A stretch of DNA of 64,000 bases from the human T2T-CHM13v2.0 reference genome, Homo sapiens, in NCBI RefSeq assembly GCF_009914755.1, contig NC_060936.1. The stretch is one strand, 5' to 3'. The notes under the pieces are model-generated. The model ran no database searches, was not told where the DNA came from, and was given only the letters and a program-made list of their open reading frames with translations. Every line of letters begins with the position of its first letter. Position 1 is the stretch's first letter. Made by a program: the position numbers and the translations under genes. Of the stretch, positions 1 through 12,518 are shown piece after piece.

Positions 1-206
1 AGTGGGCTGAAACTTCAGAAAGGAGTTGTTGGTCTCCTTCATCATCATGGAGCAGGAAAACTCCCCTTCTTTGTTTGAAGCAAGTGAAACTCCAGAAAAG
101 GTGTTGCACAACAAAATAAATCTTAGATCTTAACCAAATTTTGAGAGATCAGGCATTCTCTCTGCAGTGGGAGCCCCCTGACCTTGGCAAAATGTGCAAT
201 TGGTTT

Positions 207-758
207 TGTTACAGGAAAGGGGTCCCAATCCAGACCACAAGAGAGGGTTCTTGGATCTTGCTCAAGAAGGAATTCAGGGCAAGTCCACAGTGAAAAGTTA
301 AAGCAAGTTTATTAAGAAAGTAAAGGAATAAAAGAATAGCTATTCCATAGAGAGAGCAGCCCCGAGGGCTGCTGGTTACCCATTTTTATGGTTATTTCTT
401 GATGATATGCTAAACAAGGGGTGGATTATTCATGCCTCCCCTTTGTAGACCGTATAGGGTAACTTGCTGATGTGGCCATGGCATTTATAAACTGTCATGG
501 CGCTGGTGGGAGTGTAGCAGTGAGGATGACCAGAAGTCACTCTGTGGCCATTTGGTTTTGGTGGGTTTTGGCCAGCTCCTTTACTGCAACCTGTTTTATC
601 AGCAAGGTCTTTGTGACCTGTATTTTGTGCTGAACTTCTGTCTCATCCTGTGACTTAGAATGCCTTAATTGTCGGGGACTGCAGCCCAGTAGGTTTCAGC
701 CTCATTTTATCCAGCCTCTATTCAAGATGGAGTTGCTCTGGTTCACATGCCTCTGACA
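207..758 (-). mobile_element. MER41A-like solo LTR (ERV1) nested in MER4 internal sequence
   Basis: Minus strand starts TGTCAGAGGCATGTGAACCAGAGCAACTCCATCTTG and ends ...CCTGTAACA. Length ~552 bp. Flanks gttt/gtgt could be a degenerate 4-bp TSD. Confidence 0.8.
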
Positions 759-869
759 GTGTGAGCAATGAAGATAGCTCAAGCTTGCACCTGGCGCCCG
801 TAAGAGCCTTGTGAAAGGTTAGGGCCATCTCCACTAAGAGTCCTTCCCTTGGTCACCAATTTACAAATT

Positions 870-1303
870 TGTAAATCAAAAGGTATGAGAGATAGGTCTT
901 AATCAATTTAGAAGTTTATTTTGCAAAGGTTAAGGATGCACGGGGGAGACAGGCCTGTGCCTTTCTCAAAAGATTATTTTGAGGGCTTCAATATTTAAAG
1001 GGGAAAAATAGGTTGAAGGGGAAGGAGAGGTGAGGGTATGTTCACAATTCTGAATCCACAGGTTGCCAGAGAAAAATGAGCAGGTAGGTAAATAGTCAAG
1101 TATGTATGCATCTTGCACTTAGTAAACTGACACTTTAAACAAGATAAAGTGAACATAGAGTACCTACTCCTGGAGATATTTAACCTTTATACCTGTAGCT
1201 ACCTGCTTAGGAACAAAAGAAAAAGCCGCTTTTGGTGACTCAGCTTCATTTTGTTTCTTTTGGCATAGTAAATTGGGGTCCCAAGTATTTATTTCCTTTC
1301 ACA
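870..1303 (-). mobile_element. MER4A-family 5' LTR, with MER4 internal sequence continuing toward position 1
   Basis: Minus strand starts TGTGAAAGGAAATAAATACTTGGGACCCC. A PBS-like TTGGTGACCAAGGGAAGG follows the LTR at ~842-859. Confidence 0.7.
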
Positions 1304-1698
1304 GAATTCACTTGCAATAATGTTAAACAAGGTTCCTTTTAACTTTGTCCAGGGAACATAGAGTTTGTTTGTTTTCTGAGCTATCTGGTAAAGTCTATTG
1401 TGATGAAATATTTGAATAATATTTCAGCAGAATGGCAATCATAAGGAAAAAGTATTGGCTAATGCAAGTGAATTATCTTCTATTGTCTAAGGGTAATATT
1501 AGGCTTAATTATTTTTACTTTTAAATACTGAGTGTTACAGTGATTTCACTTTCATGTGCATAGCAAAGTGACAACAAACTGGTGGAAGAAATAAGATTTC
1601 CAGAATAATCCCTTAAAGCATATTTGGAATAGAAGCTAGGAGTTAGGAAGATAGCAGTGTATGTAAGGCACATTACCTGCAGTCCAATAAAGAAGCCA

Positions 1699-1999
1699 GG
1701 CCGGGCGCGGTGGCTCACACCTGTAATCCCAGCACTTTGGGAGGCCGAGGCTGGCAGATCACGAGGTTAGGAGTTCGAGACCAGCCTGGCCAGTATGATG
1801 AAACCCTGTCTCTACTAAAAATACACAAATTATCCGGGCGTGGTGGCACGCGCCTGTAGTTCCAGCTACTTAGGAGGCTGAGGCAGAAGAGTCACTTGTG
1901 CCCGGGAGGCAGAGGTTGAAGTGAGCCGAGATCCCACCACTCCACTCCAGGCTGGGTGACAGAGCGAGACGCCATTTCAAAAAAAAAAAAAAAAAAAAA
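1699..1999 (+). mobile_element. AluS full length
   Basis: GGCCGGGCGCGGTGG start, A-tail, TSD-like aagcca on both sides. Confidence 0.93.
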
Positions 2000-2451
2000 G
2001 CCAGGGGAAAATGTTTGAATAAGGTTAACATCATCGAAACCATTGCTAAATTGATTAATCATATCTACAAGTGATGTTTAAAGGAATCTTTTCACTAAGT
2101 TAAATTGTTAACATTGAAAGAATATTAACCTCAACAATCGCATTACAACAATTTTGTAAAGACTTGTGTGTCTGCAGTTGAATTTAGTTGCATTTCTGTG
2201 CCTACTTTGTATTCATGAGGAACAAAAATGTAATGCGATAAAATTTTTAAATTATCAGTATTTTAATTTTTTATGAAGTTTGGGACATCAAACTATCAAC
2301 AAAGTACTGTTTCAGTAAAAATAATTACCAAAAATCTTATTAATTTTGAAATCTTGTGAATTAGGAGTATGCGCACATACAGACAGAGATAATTAAAACA
2401 ATGGTAAAAATAGATCTAATTCAGCAACATAAAAAGAGATGGTGAGAGAAA

Positions 2452-2712
2452 CAATAATAGTGGCTAACATTTGTTGAGCACTTACTATATATGAGATATT
2501 GCGCTAGTGTTTTGTTTGCGTTAATAGATTTTCTTCCTTACCACAGTTCCATCAACCAGATGTTATTATCTCCCTTTGCAGATGAAAAAAACCTAGGTAT
2601 GGAAAAGGCAAATGAATTTCCCTAGTTCTCCCAGCTCGTGAAAGATGGAGCCAAGGTCTGAATTCAGGCAGTCTGATTCCAAATTCCATGCTCTCAACTC
2701 TGTTTCACATTG
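2452..2712 (-). mobile_element. MIR
   Basis: aataatagtggctaacatttgttgagcacttact ... cagatgaaaaaa ... gtctgattcca MIR core. Confidence 0.7.
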
Positions 2713-3229
2713 CTAAAGTAACTGTGGACTTTTGTGCTATTAGTACCTTTAAGCGGTGTGGCCTATTTAATGATATACCTTATTCCATATTATTCAGTAT
2801 CAAACAACCATGGGACTTGGTTTACGTGCATGTGCGCACACTAATACACGTTGTTACTGAGTTGCATATACAGACTCAGTGGATGGAAATGTATAAAAGC
2901 CCAAGTAGATTACAAACCCATTTAAATAAAACGACACACTTTGATTATTTTCTACCATTATTTGATTATTTTCCCTCAGTTTTTTGTATTGAACCAACTG
3001 TGTTACACAGAATCTGCCAGTGTATACTTCTTCATTACACTTGTCTTTTCTGCTCTTCAAATTACCTGTACCCCTATATTGTAATGAAAATCTTTAACAA
3101 CAAAAAAGTAATGATTATTAAAAAAAAAATAGAGCAAAAGAAAAAGTCTCCCCTTTCTGCCTTCATTGTCACTCCCTTTCTGGAATAATCACTCCACATA
3201 TGTAACTGCCACCAAGATCCATATCCCAC

Positions 3230-3500
3230 AGGTTTTATTCTGGGTCTCTTTTCTCCGGCCATGGTGGCCTTTTTGCTGTTTCTCAAACATGCCAAGCACA
3301 CTTCTGACTTGGGGAATTTTGCATTTCCTTGTTCCTCTTCTAAAACGTTCTTCTTCCAGATGTCTTGTACTTTCATGTCATTCAGATCTCTGTTTAAAGA
3401 TTTCTTTACTCCTGAACACCCCATATAAAATAGCATTCCCTATCCATAACTCTTTAACCAGCTTGATTTTCATAGTATTTATCACCAGCTGACACTAAGA
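3230..3500 (+). mobile_element. L2 fragment, apparently resuming at ~5170-5290
   Basis: gctgtttctcaaacatgccaagcac ... catagtatttatcacc, then aagctccatga ... tgaatgactga at 5210-5292. Confidence 0.55.
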
Positions 3501-3544
3501 CCCCAAAACGCACCTGTGTAGAAGTGCGTGTTTGCGCACGTGTG

Positions 3545-3977
3545 TTTAATGGCATAAAACAAACAAAAAAAATTATTATCTTAGAGATCTAACATCCAGA
3601 AATCAGAAATAAGTGTCAGTGAACTAAACTCAGGGGGTTGGCAAGACCATGTTTCTTTCTGAAAATTCTAGGGACAATACACTTCTTTGTTTTCTCCAGT
3701 TTCTAGAGGCTGTCTGAATTCCTTGGCTCATGGCCCTTTTCCGTGTTCAAAGCTAGTGAAGTCCACGTCACATGGATGCTTCTTTCACATTTAAAGGAGC
3801 CTTGTGATTACAATGGATTCACTAGGCCAGGTCAAGTCAATCTCTTTGTTTTAAGTCATCTGTTTAGCAACCTTAATTCCATGTGCAATTTTAATATCTC
3901 CTTGCCATGTTACCTAACATATTTACAAGTTCTGGAGATTAGGACCTGGATGTCTTTAAGGGTCATTACTCTACCTA
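3545..3977 (-). mobile_element. MLT1 (MLT1D/C-like) MaLR LTR
   Basis: Ends gagattaggacctggatgtctttaagggtcattactctaccta, the reverse complement of the MLT1D-type start. The terminal ~5 nt are replaced by the palindrome arm. Confidence 0.65.
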
Positions 3978-5092
3978 AGGTTATATTATATATAACATTA
4001 CATCTATATATTCTCCATATATATGAAGAATACATATATATAGTTTATATATGTTTACTATATATACACACATATATAGTTTGATATATAAATATATACA
4101 CACATATACACAGATATATACATATGTTTACTATGTATGTATATACATATATAGTTTATATATGTATATTGTACACATATGTTTACTATATATACATGAA
4201 TATATACATATATTGCATATATAAACTATATATAGTATATAAAATAGAGTATGTAAACTATTATATACACACAAACTGTGTGTGTGCATATATATACACT
4301 TTATTATATAGAGAGAGATGATAAATTACATGTATATTACATATATTTACATATGTAATTTATGTAATATGTATTACATATATGTAGTTTATCATCTATC
4401 TCTCTATATCATAAAGTGTGTGTGTATATATCTATATATGCACACACACAGTTTGTGTTTAAATAAGTTTATATACTCTATATACTATATATAGTGTATG
4501 TAAACAATATATGTATATATTCATGTATATATAGTAAACATGTGTACACATACTTATGTACACATATACATATATAAGCTGTATATGTATATACATACAT
4601 AGTAAACATATGTCTATGTGTGGATATGTGTATATGTATTATATTTATATATGTATTTATATATTATATGTGTGCATATATAAAAATATATAAATATATA
4701 TAAATATATACACATATATAATATATAAATGCATACATAGATATAATACATACATACACATATAAAATATATGTATTTATATATCAAACTATATATGTAT
4801 GTATATAGTAAACATATATAAACTATATATGTATTCATATACATGGAGAAAGTGTGTATATATAGTAAACATATATATAACCTGTATACATAGTCTTCAT
4901 ATACATGGAGAATATATATATATATAATTATATATAGGTTGTATATATACATATATATGTTGTAAGCTATATATGTAGTCTTCATATACGTGGAGACTAT
5001 ATATATATATATAATTATATATAGGTTATATATAATATAACCTTTGGTAGAATAACAGGTTATATATAATATAACCTTAGGTAGGGTAATGA
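3963..5092. repeat. Palindromic AT-rich repeat (imperfect inverted repeat, no spacer, centre 4352/4353)
   Basis: 3963-3996 tcattactctacctaaggttatattatatataac is the reverse complement of 5059-5092 with 1 mismatch. Inner arms also pair. Centre ttacat|atgtaa. Confidence 0.9.
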
Positions 5093-5289
5093 TTATATAT
5101 GTATATATATTATAATATATATTATGATATGTAACATATGTATTTATCCTATATTTATATATGATATATATGTAATTTATTTAGCATCTATCTCTCTGTA
5201 CCATAAATTAAGCTCCATGAAAACATAGGTGTTTGATTCACTGTTCTCTCTGGCAAACATCAGTGCTCAGTGTGTATAAGCTGAATGAC

Positions 5290-6876
5290 TGATGCAAGAG
5301 GTGGGTCCCTCAGTCTTGGGCAGCTCCACCCCTGTGGCTTTGCAGGGGACAACCCTCCTCCCAGCTGCTTTCATCAGCTGGCATTGGGTATCTGTGGCTT
5401 TTCCATGTGCACAGTGCAATCCACAGTGTCAGTGGATCTACCATTCTGGGATCTGGAGGATCGTAGCCCTCTTCTCACAGCTCCACTAGGCAGTGCCCCA
5501 GTGGGGACAGTTTGTGGGAGCTCTCACCCCACATTTCCCTTCTGACTGCCATACTGAAATTTCTCCATGAGGGCTTCACCCTTGAAGCACACCTCTGCCT
5601 GACATCCAAGCATTTCTATACATCCTCTGAAATCTAGGTGGAGGTTCCCAAACTTCACTTCTTGACTTCTGTGCACCTGTAAGTTCAACACCATGTGGAA
5701 GCTGCCAAGGCATGGGGCTTTTACCTTCTGAAGCCACAGTCCAAGCTGTACCTTGGCCCCTTTTAGCCATGGCTGGAGTGGCTGGAATGCAGGGCACCAA
5801 ATCATGAGACTGCACACAGCAGGGGGGCCCTGGACCAGGCTCAGGAAACCATTTTTCCCTTCTAGACCTCCAGACCCGTGATGGGCGTGGCTGCTCCCAA
5901 GGTCTCTGATGTGCCCTGGAGTCATTTTCCGCATTGTCTTGGCAATTAACATTTGTCTCCTCATTACTTATTCAAATTTCTGCTGCCTGCTTGAATATCC
6001 CCCCAGAAAATGGGTTTTTCTTTCCTACTGCATTGCCAGGCTGCAAATCTTTCACACTTTTATGCTCTGCTTCCTCTTGTACACTTTGCTGCTTAGAAAT
6101 ATCTTCCACCAGATACCCTAAATCATCTCTCTCAAGTTCAAAGTTCCACAGATCTCTAGGGCAGAGGCAAAATTCTGCCAGTCTCTTTGCTACAGAATAA
6201 CAAGAATCACATTTGCTCTAGTTCCCAAAAAGTTTCTCATCTTTATCTGATACCACTTCAGCCTGGACTTTATTGTCCATATCAGTATCAGTGTTTTGAT
6301 AAAAGCCATTCAACAAGTCTCTTGGAAGTACCAAACTTTCCCACATCTTCCTGTCTTCTGAGCCCTCCAATTCTCTAGGAAGTTCAAACTTTCCCACATT
6401 TTCTTGTCTTCTTCTGAGTCCTCCAAACTGTTCCAACTTCTGCCCATTACCCAGTTCCAAAGCTGCTTCCCCATTATCAGGTATCCTGTAGCAATGCCCC
6501 TCAGTACCAATTTACTGTATTATTCCATTCTCCTGCTGCTAGGAAGAAACACTGAAGACTGGGTAATTTATAAAGAAAAAGAAGTTTAATGGACTCACAA
6601 TTTCAAATGGCAAGGGAGGCCTCACAATCATGGTGAAACGCAGAGGAGCAAAGGTACATCTTACATGGCAGCAGGCAAAAGAGTGTGTACAGGAGAACTG
6701 CACTTTATAAAATAATCAGATCTTGTGAGACTTATTCACTATCACAAGAGCAGCATAGGAAAAACCCATCCCCATGATAAAGTTAGCTCCCACTGGGTCC
6801 CTTCCATGACACATGGGGATTATGGGAGCTACAATTTAAGATGAGATTTCAGTGGGGACACAGCCAAAACATATCA
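5290..6876 (-). mobile_element. THE1 MaLR: 5' LTR (6516-6876) plus truncated internal region (5290-6515), no 3' LTR
   Basis: Minus strand starts TGATATGTTTTGGCTGTGTCCCCAC. LTR is 361 bp. ORFs 5524-5964 and 6218-6460 are THE1-int remnants. Confidence 0.88.
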
Positions 6877-7229
6877 CTATTATAAATATCATCTTTTCAA
6901 ATTAAGTTTATGTGATAGATTACATGAATTGATTTTCATACATTGAACCAGCCATGCATACCTGGAATAAATCCCATTTGATCATGGTATTTAATTATTT
7001 TATGTTTCGTGTATTATTGAATTTTTTTACTAATATTTGTTGAGGATTTTTACATCTATGTTCATGAGTGATATTGGTCTACATTTTTTTGTTATTGTAA
7101 TATCTTGGATTTTAGTATCAGGGTAATGCTGGCCTCATGGAATAAGATAGAAAGTATTCCTGATGCTTTTATCCTGTGAAGAAGGTTGTATACAATTAGT
7201 ATAACATGTTTCTTAAATGTTTGGTATAA

Positions 7230-7570
<341 letters not shown>

Positions 7571-8749
7571 CATTCTTTCTGTTTTTGAAGGTTATTACTT
7601 GACAATCTAATTTCTTAAACAGATAAAGGCCTAATTCAGATCATCAGTTTTTTCTTGTAAGAGTTTGAGTAGATTGTTTATTTTGGGAAATTGGTCGATT
7701 TAATTTAGGTTATTATAATTGCAGGTGTAGTTTTTTCATAGTATTTCATTATTATCCTTTTAATGTCTGTGGGATTTGTAGTGGTATCCCCTCTGTTATT
7801 TTTGATATTGGTAATTAGTATTCACTCTCTTTTTTTTTCCCTTAGTTAACCTGGTTAGAAGCCTATAAATTTTATGGATCTTTCTAAAGAACAAGTCTTT
7901 GGTTGTGTATATTTTCTCTATTGAATTCCTGTTTTTAATGTCATTGACTTATGTTTTAATTTTTATTATTAACTTTCTTCTTCTTGCTTTGAATTTCATT
8001 TGCTGTTTTTTTCCAAGTTTCCTAAGGTAGAAACTTAAATACTGATTTTAAATGTTTCCTCTTTTCTCATATATGTATTCAGTGCAATAAATTTTCCTCT
8101 AAGCATTGCTTTTGCTACCTCCCACAAACTTTGATGAATTGTGTTTTTATTTTTATTTAGTCAAAATATTTAAAAACTTATCTTGAGATTTCCTTTGACC
8201 TAAATGTTACTTAAAAATGTGTTACTTAGTCTCTACATATTTGGGGATTTTTCCAGTTATTTCTGTTATTGATTCTACTTTAATTCTATTGTTGTCTGAG
8301 AACAAATGCTATCACTTCTTTTTGAAAATAAATTGGATAAGATATATTTTATGGCTTAGAATGTGGTCTTTCTTGGTGAATGTTCCATGTGAGCTTAAGA
8401 ATGTCTATTCTACTGTTGTTGGATGTAATACATGAAGTTGTAAAGTAATATATAGATGTTAATTATATCCAGTTGATTAATGGTGTTATTAAGGTCAAGT
8501 ATTTTCTATCTGTTTCTGCCTGCTGGATTTGTTCCCTTCCCACAGAGGAGTATTGATGTCTCCAACTATGATAGTGTATTCATCTATTTCTCCTTGCAGT
8601 TTTACCAGTTTTTACTTCATAGAATTTGATGCTCTGTTGTTGGGTGCATATATGTTAAGGAGTATTATATCTTTTTTGAGAACTGATGTCCTTATTATTC
8701 TGTAATGCCCCCTCCCACCTTTTTTTTTAAATCAATTTCCTTTTGCTTT

Positions 8750-8833
8750 TCTTTTTTTTTAAATTTTATTATTATTATACTTTAAGTTTTAGGGTACATG
8801 TGCACAACATGCAGGTTTGTTACATATGTATAC
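8750..8833 (-). mobile_element. Very short 3' end of an L1PA
   Basis: ttattatactttaagttttagggtacatgtgcacaacatgcaggtttgttacatatgtatac. TSD-like acctttttt on both sides. Confidence 0.8.
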
Positions 8834-9095
8834 CTTTTTTTAACCTCTGGTAACTTTCCTTGCTTTGAAGTTTGCTGTGTCTAAAATTAATTTAGCTATT
8901 CCTGATTTCTTTTGATTATTGTTAGCATAGAATATTTTTCTCCATCCATTTACTTTTATTCTATATGTGTTTTTATATTTAAAGTGGGTGTCATGCACAC
9001 AACATGTAGTTGGCCTTGTTACTTGATTTACTGTCACCTTCTATCTTTTAGTTGGTGCATTTAGATAATTGATGTTAAAGTTCATTATTAATATA

Positions 9096-9429
9096 CAGTC
9101 ATGGAACATTAAATGACAGGAATGCATTCTGAGAAGTGCACTGTCAGACAAATTTTTTAATTTTGCAAACATCATAGTCTGTACTTACACAAGCCTAGAT
9201 AGATTAGCCTGCTAGACACCTAGGCTATATGTTATAGCCTATTGCTTTGAGGCTACAAACCTTTACAGCCTGTTATTGTACTAAATACTGCAGGAATTGT
9301 AACACAATAAGTATTTTTGTATCTAAGCATAGAAAAAGTACAGTAAAATATGGTGTTATAATCTAATGGGACCACTGTCATATATGCAGTCCACTGGTAA
9401 CTAAAATGTCATCATGTGGTACATGATTG
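9096..9429. mobile_element. Tigger3a/MER7A DNA transposon
   Basis: TA|cagtcatg ... catgattg|TA terminal inverted repeats, ~334 bp. Confidence 0.75.
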
Positions 9430-11020
9430 TAGTTGAATTAATATCTACCATACTTCTTACTGTATTTCTGTCTTGTTCTTCTTTGTTTCTATATTTGTAT
9501 TCCACTCTTTTTGTGCTTTTTGTGGTTTCAAATGAGCATTTTATATAATACCATTAATTTTTTTTCTCCTTTCTTAGCATATTTGTTATATTTCTTCTTT
9601 GACTTATATAGTAGTTGCCCTGGTGCTTGTAAGATATATTTACAACTATTTCAAGTTTACTTTCAAATTACACCATACTGCTTCATGGGTAGTGTAACTT
9701 GCAAAACAAATTATTTTTATTCTTCTCTCCCGTTTATTGCATCATTGTGTCATTCTTTTTATTTTAGTGTAAGCATACATAATCAAATACATTATAGATA
9801 TTATTATTTTGAATAACTGTTATTTCTTAGATCAATTAAGAATTAAAAAAAACTTTTTAATTTACCTTCACTTATTTTCTGCAGTGTCTCTCTGTTTTTA
9901 TGAAGTTTTGAGCTTCTGATCTATATTATTTTCTCTTTCTCTAAAAAACTGCTCTTAACATCTTGCAAGGCAACTCTGACGAGAAATTCCTTTAATTTTT
10001 GTTTATCTGAGAAATCCTTATTTTTCTTTCATGTTAGAAGATAATTGCACAGGTTTCATAATTTTAGGTTGTTGTTTTCTATCAATGCTTTACATATTTT
10101 TATTCCACTCTTTCTGTGCTGGCATGGTTTCTGAGAAGTCAAATGCAATTCTTATCTTTGTTCCTATATAGGTAAGGATAGGTATTTTATTTTCCCTCTG
10201 GTTTCTTTTGGGACTTTTTTCCCCTTGTCTTTGATTTTGTGTAGTTTGAAAATGATATTCTTAGGTGGACTCTTTAAAGCATTTATTCTGCTTGTTTTTC
10301 TATGAACTTCCAAGATCTGTGGTATGTTGTCTGACATAAATTTGGGGAAATTCTCAGTTATTATTGTTTCAAATATTTATTCTGTTTCATATTCTATTTT
10401 TGGGGTGTCCCTATTATGTGCATGTTGCTACTTTTGTAGTTATCCCTTAGCTTTTGGGTATTTTCTTCTGATATTTTTCTGTCTTTGTTCATTTTGCTTT
10501 TTACTTCTGCAGATTTTAATTGGTATATTCTGAAGCTCATATAGCCTTTTCTCAGGTATGCCAAGTATACTAATATGCTTGTCAAAGGAATTACTTATTT
10601 CTGCTACAATATTTTGATCTCTAGCATTTGTTTTTGGTTCTTTCTTAGAATTTTTATCTCGGCTTAAATTGCTCATCTGTTCTTGCATACTGTCTCTTTT
10701 ACTTTTATAGCCCTTAGCATGTTGCTCATAGTCATTTTAAATTCCCAGTCTGATAATTCCAACATCTCTGCCATATGTGAGTTTGGTCCTGATTCTTGCT
10801 CTGTCTCTTCTAATTGTGTTATTTGCCTTTTAGGTGACTTGTAATATCTCCTTGATAGCAAGGGAGGATGTATTGGATAAAAACCTACTATACATGTGCC
10901 TTCAATAATGTGTTGGTAAGGCACAGTCCGGAGAAGAGGCATCCTACAGTTCCAAGCTTAGGTATCAGTCTTTGAATGAACCTCTGACTCTGGACCATAA
11001 ATTTCACAAATGCTTCTCAA

Positions 11021-11283
11021 TTTTTTTTTTTTTTTGAGATGGAGTCTCACTCTGTTGCCCAGGCTGGAATGCAGTGGTGTGATCTTAGCTCACTACAGCC
11101 TCTCCCTCCCTGGTTCAAGCAATTCTCTGCCTCAGCCTCCCAGTAGCTGAGATTACAGGCACTCAATACCACACCCAGCTAATTTTTTTGTATTTTTTAG
11201 TAGAGACGGGGTTTCACCATCTTGGCCAGGCTGGTCTTGAACTCCTGACCTCACAATCCACCAGCTTCATCTTCCCAAAGTGT
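11021..11283 (-). mobile_element. AluS, slightly 5'-truncated
   Basis: T-tail then gagatggagtctcactc. TSD-like tcaattttt. Confidence 0.9.
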
Positions 11284-12199
11284 CAATTTTTAAAAAAATG
11301 TTTTTCTCCCTAGGCAGGATAGGATGGCTAGAATGGGCTGTAATTGAATATTTCTCTCTGTAATATGGTAGGCTAGAACTGGCTGAAGTTGGGTATTTCC
11401 TTTACCTCAGGTCAGTTAAGCTTAGATAACACCAGAGCTTATGAGGCTCCAATTAATTAGTTTTTCCTGAGGGCAAGTCTCATAATCCCTATTAAAAACA
11501 AAGTGCTCTGGCCTATTTCAAAATAATTGCTTTCTCTTTCACTCTGCTAGAATGAGAAGATTTTTCTCCAACATTTACTATAAGATCCAGGTCGAGCTCC
11601 TGAAGAGAAAATCATCAAAAAAGGGGATCCTTGAATTGGTCCCCCTGGAGTTATTAGCCCTCAGACTTGTCCAACCTGAGGCTCTAGCAATTCAATTATA
11701 GTACATTTTTTTTTCTTTTTTACCCTAGCACTATTTCCTTTCTGGTTTTTGTTATGAGTTTCTGCTCCAGGAAGCTGTTACTCCTTATATTTACTTTGTC
11801 TCTCCATCTCCAATCTTGGAGACAGTGGTTTGCCACATGTCCTCATCTCTTTTATGGATCCAAGAATCATTGCTTTTTCAGTTGGTTTAGTGTTTTACTT
11901 GATGTTAGAAAAAAATGGCGCCCTCCAACTTTCTTTTCTGCAAAAGTAGCACCCAGAAGTCCCAGTATATTTTTTTAAATTGTATTCACTTATCTCATGT
12001 CTTATCAGTCCTAAACTTCTACTTAAAATTCCACTATAATTTCTTAATTAATACACAAGTTATTTAAAATAAGATTTGCCCCAAATATATGGGGATTCTT
12101 ATTTAAAAATGTTTTCTACCATTGCCTGCCATAATTGCACTGCCATAATGTGGCAGATATTGTCTGTACGATACCTACTTTTTGAAACCTGTTGAGTTC

Positions 12200-12420
12200 T
12201 CTTTTTCTTTTCAACTTTTATTTTAGGTTCAGGGGGTACATATGCAGGTTTGTTACATAGGTAAATTGTGTGTCATGGGAGTTTGGTGTACAGATTATTT
12301 CAGCACTCAGATAATAATCATAGTTACCAACAGGTACTTTTTTAGATTTCACCCTCCTCCTACCCTCCACCCTCAAGTAGGCCTCAGCATCTATTGTTCA
12401 CCTGTTTGTGTCCATGTGTA
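12200..12420 (-). mobile_element. Older L1PA/L1PB 3' end fragment
   Basis: ttttattttaggttcagggggtacatatgcaggtttgttacatagg. Confidence 0.75.
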
Positions 12421-12518
12421 CTGTTGGGATTTTTTTATGTCCAGATATATCATCAGTTTTTGTAATTCTCCCTCATGTACTTGAGAAAAATGCATATTCT
12501 TTGAATTGTTGGATGTAG

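Noticed and set aside
2688-3492. Overlapping ORFs of 68-166 aa on both strands
   Set aside because: No recognisable domain or splice context. They overlap MIR/L2 remnants and look like chance ORFs.
3743-4985. Y/I-rich ORFs
   Set aside because: Translations of the TA-rich palindrome.
5285-6589. Cluster of ten or more ORFs
   Set aside because: THE1 internal sequence, fragmented and non-functional.
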